Assembly (NCBI GenBank): GCA_029288315.1
Contig: JARIHL010000068.1
Span: 1 to 55,615, forward strand
Source of the DNA: Candidatus Saccharimonadota bacterium
GTDB lineage: Bacteria; Patescibacteriota; Saccharimonadia; Saccharimonadales; EFPC-124
Reading direction: 5' to 3'
DNA: 55,615 nt
In this document: positions 55,571 to 55,615 of the stretch, one piece after another
Position numbering within the stretch: position 1 is the stretch's first letter
How the letters are laid out: every line of letters starts with the position of its first letter
Program-made: the position numbers and the translations under genes
The notes under the pieces: generated by a model
The model's database searches: none
The model's input: only the letters and a program-made list of their open reading frames with translations
Told to the model about the DNA's origin: nothing

Positions 55571-55615
55571 CTGTCTCTTATACACATCTCCGAGCCCACG
55601 AGACTACGCTGCATC
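55571..55615. other. Illumina Nextera adapter read-through (non-biological)
   Basis: CTGTCTCTTATACACATCT-CCGAGCCCACGAGAC is the Nextera mosaic end plus read-2 adapter. It is followed by TACGCTGC, an 8-nt index slot that I recall as i7 N721, and ATC, the start of ATCTCGTATGCC. Confidence 0.95.

Overview
This 55.6-kb window is the end of a short-read contig: the last 45 nt are Illumina Nextera adapter read-through. The backbone is low-GC. One 60-nt line I counted (8241-8300) is 33% GC, and I judge the backbone at about 40-45% by eye.

The gene content fits a monoderm-type bacterium: two LPSTG sortase-anchored surface proteins, a PilB-type type IV pilus ATPase, MraY, FolD, PheA/HisC, UmuDC, ZnuABC-Zur, two sensor kinases and three receiver-only response regulators. 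The style is compatible with a Patescibacteria/Saccharibacteria-like genome. That placement is an inference only.

At least five sharply bounded high-GC patches interrupt the backbone (line 32401-32460 counts 68% GC). Each holds one or two genes with its own RBS and GC-rich hairpin terminator, which looks like foreign, actinobacterial-style DNA.

Most interesting loci:
1. A tandem pair of TRPM-like SLOG (LSDAT) domain proteins in a high-GC island (1799-3590).
2. A microviridin-type ATP-grasp ligase with a candidate precursor peptide and an intercistronic hairpin (5614-6872).
3. A LuxI/FeeM-like N-acyltransferase abutting (3-nt gap), and probably co-transcribed with, a multi-TM GAF histidine kinase, divergent from a receiver-only regulator (36742-40329).
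4. A high-GC two-gene cassette bracketed by about 30-bp inverted repeats, lying between two paralogous LPSTG adhesins (31331-33999).
5. A two-copy MITE with 23-24-bp terminal inverted repeats and perfect 8-bp target-site duplications (16060, 48429).
6. Two diverged recombinase 3' remnants, each carrying the tRNA-Glu 3' end, flanking a 5.6-kb accessory segment (20886-26987).
7. Two paralogous phage-fibre-like plus LamG cassettes.
8. A short basic ORF with an in-phase A_AAA_AAG slippery heptamer leading into a start-less -1 frame ORF.

No CRISPR array, rRNA gene, or intact transposase, integrase or reverse transcriptase gene was seen. All family assignments rest on motifs I recognise by eye, and none was confirmed by a search.
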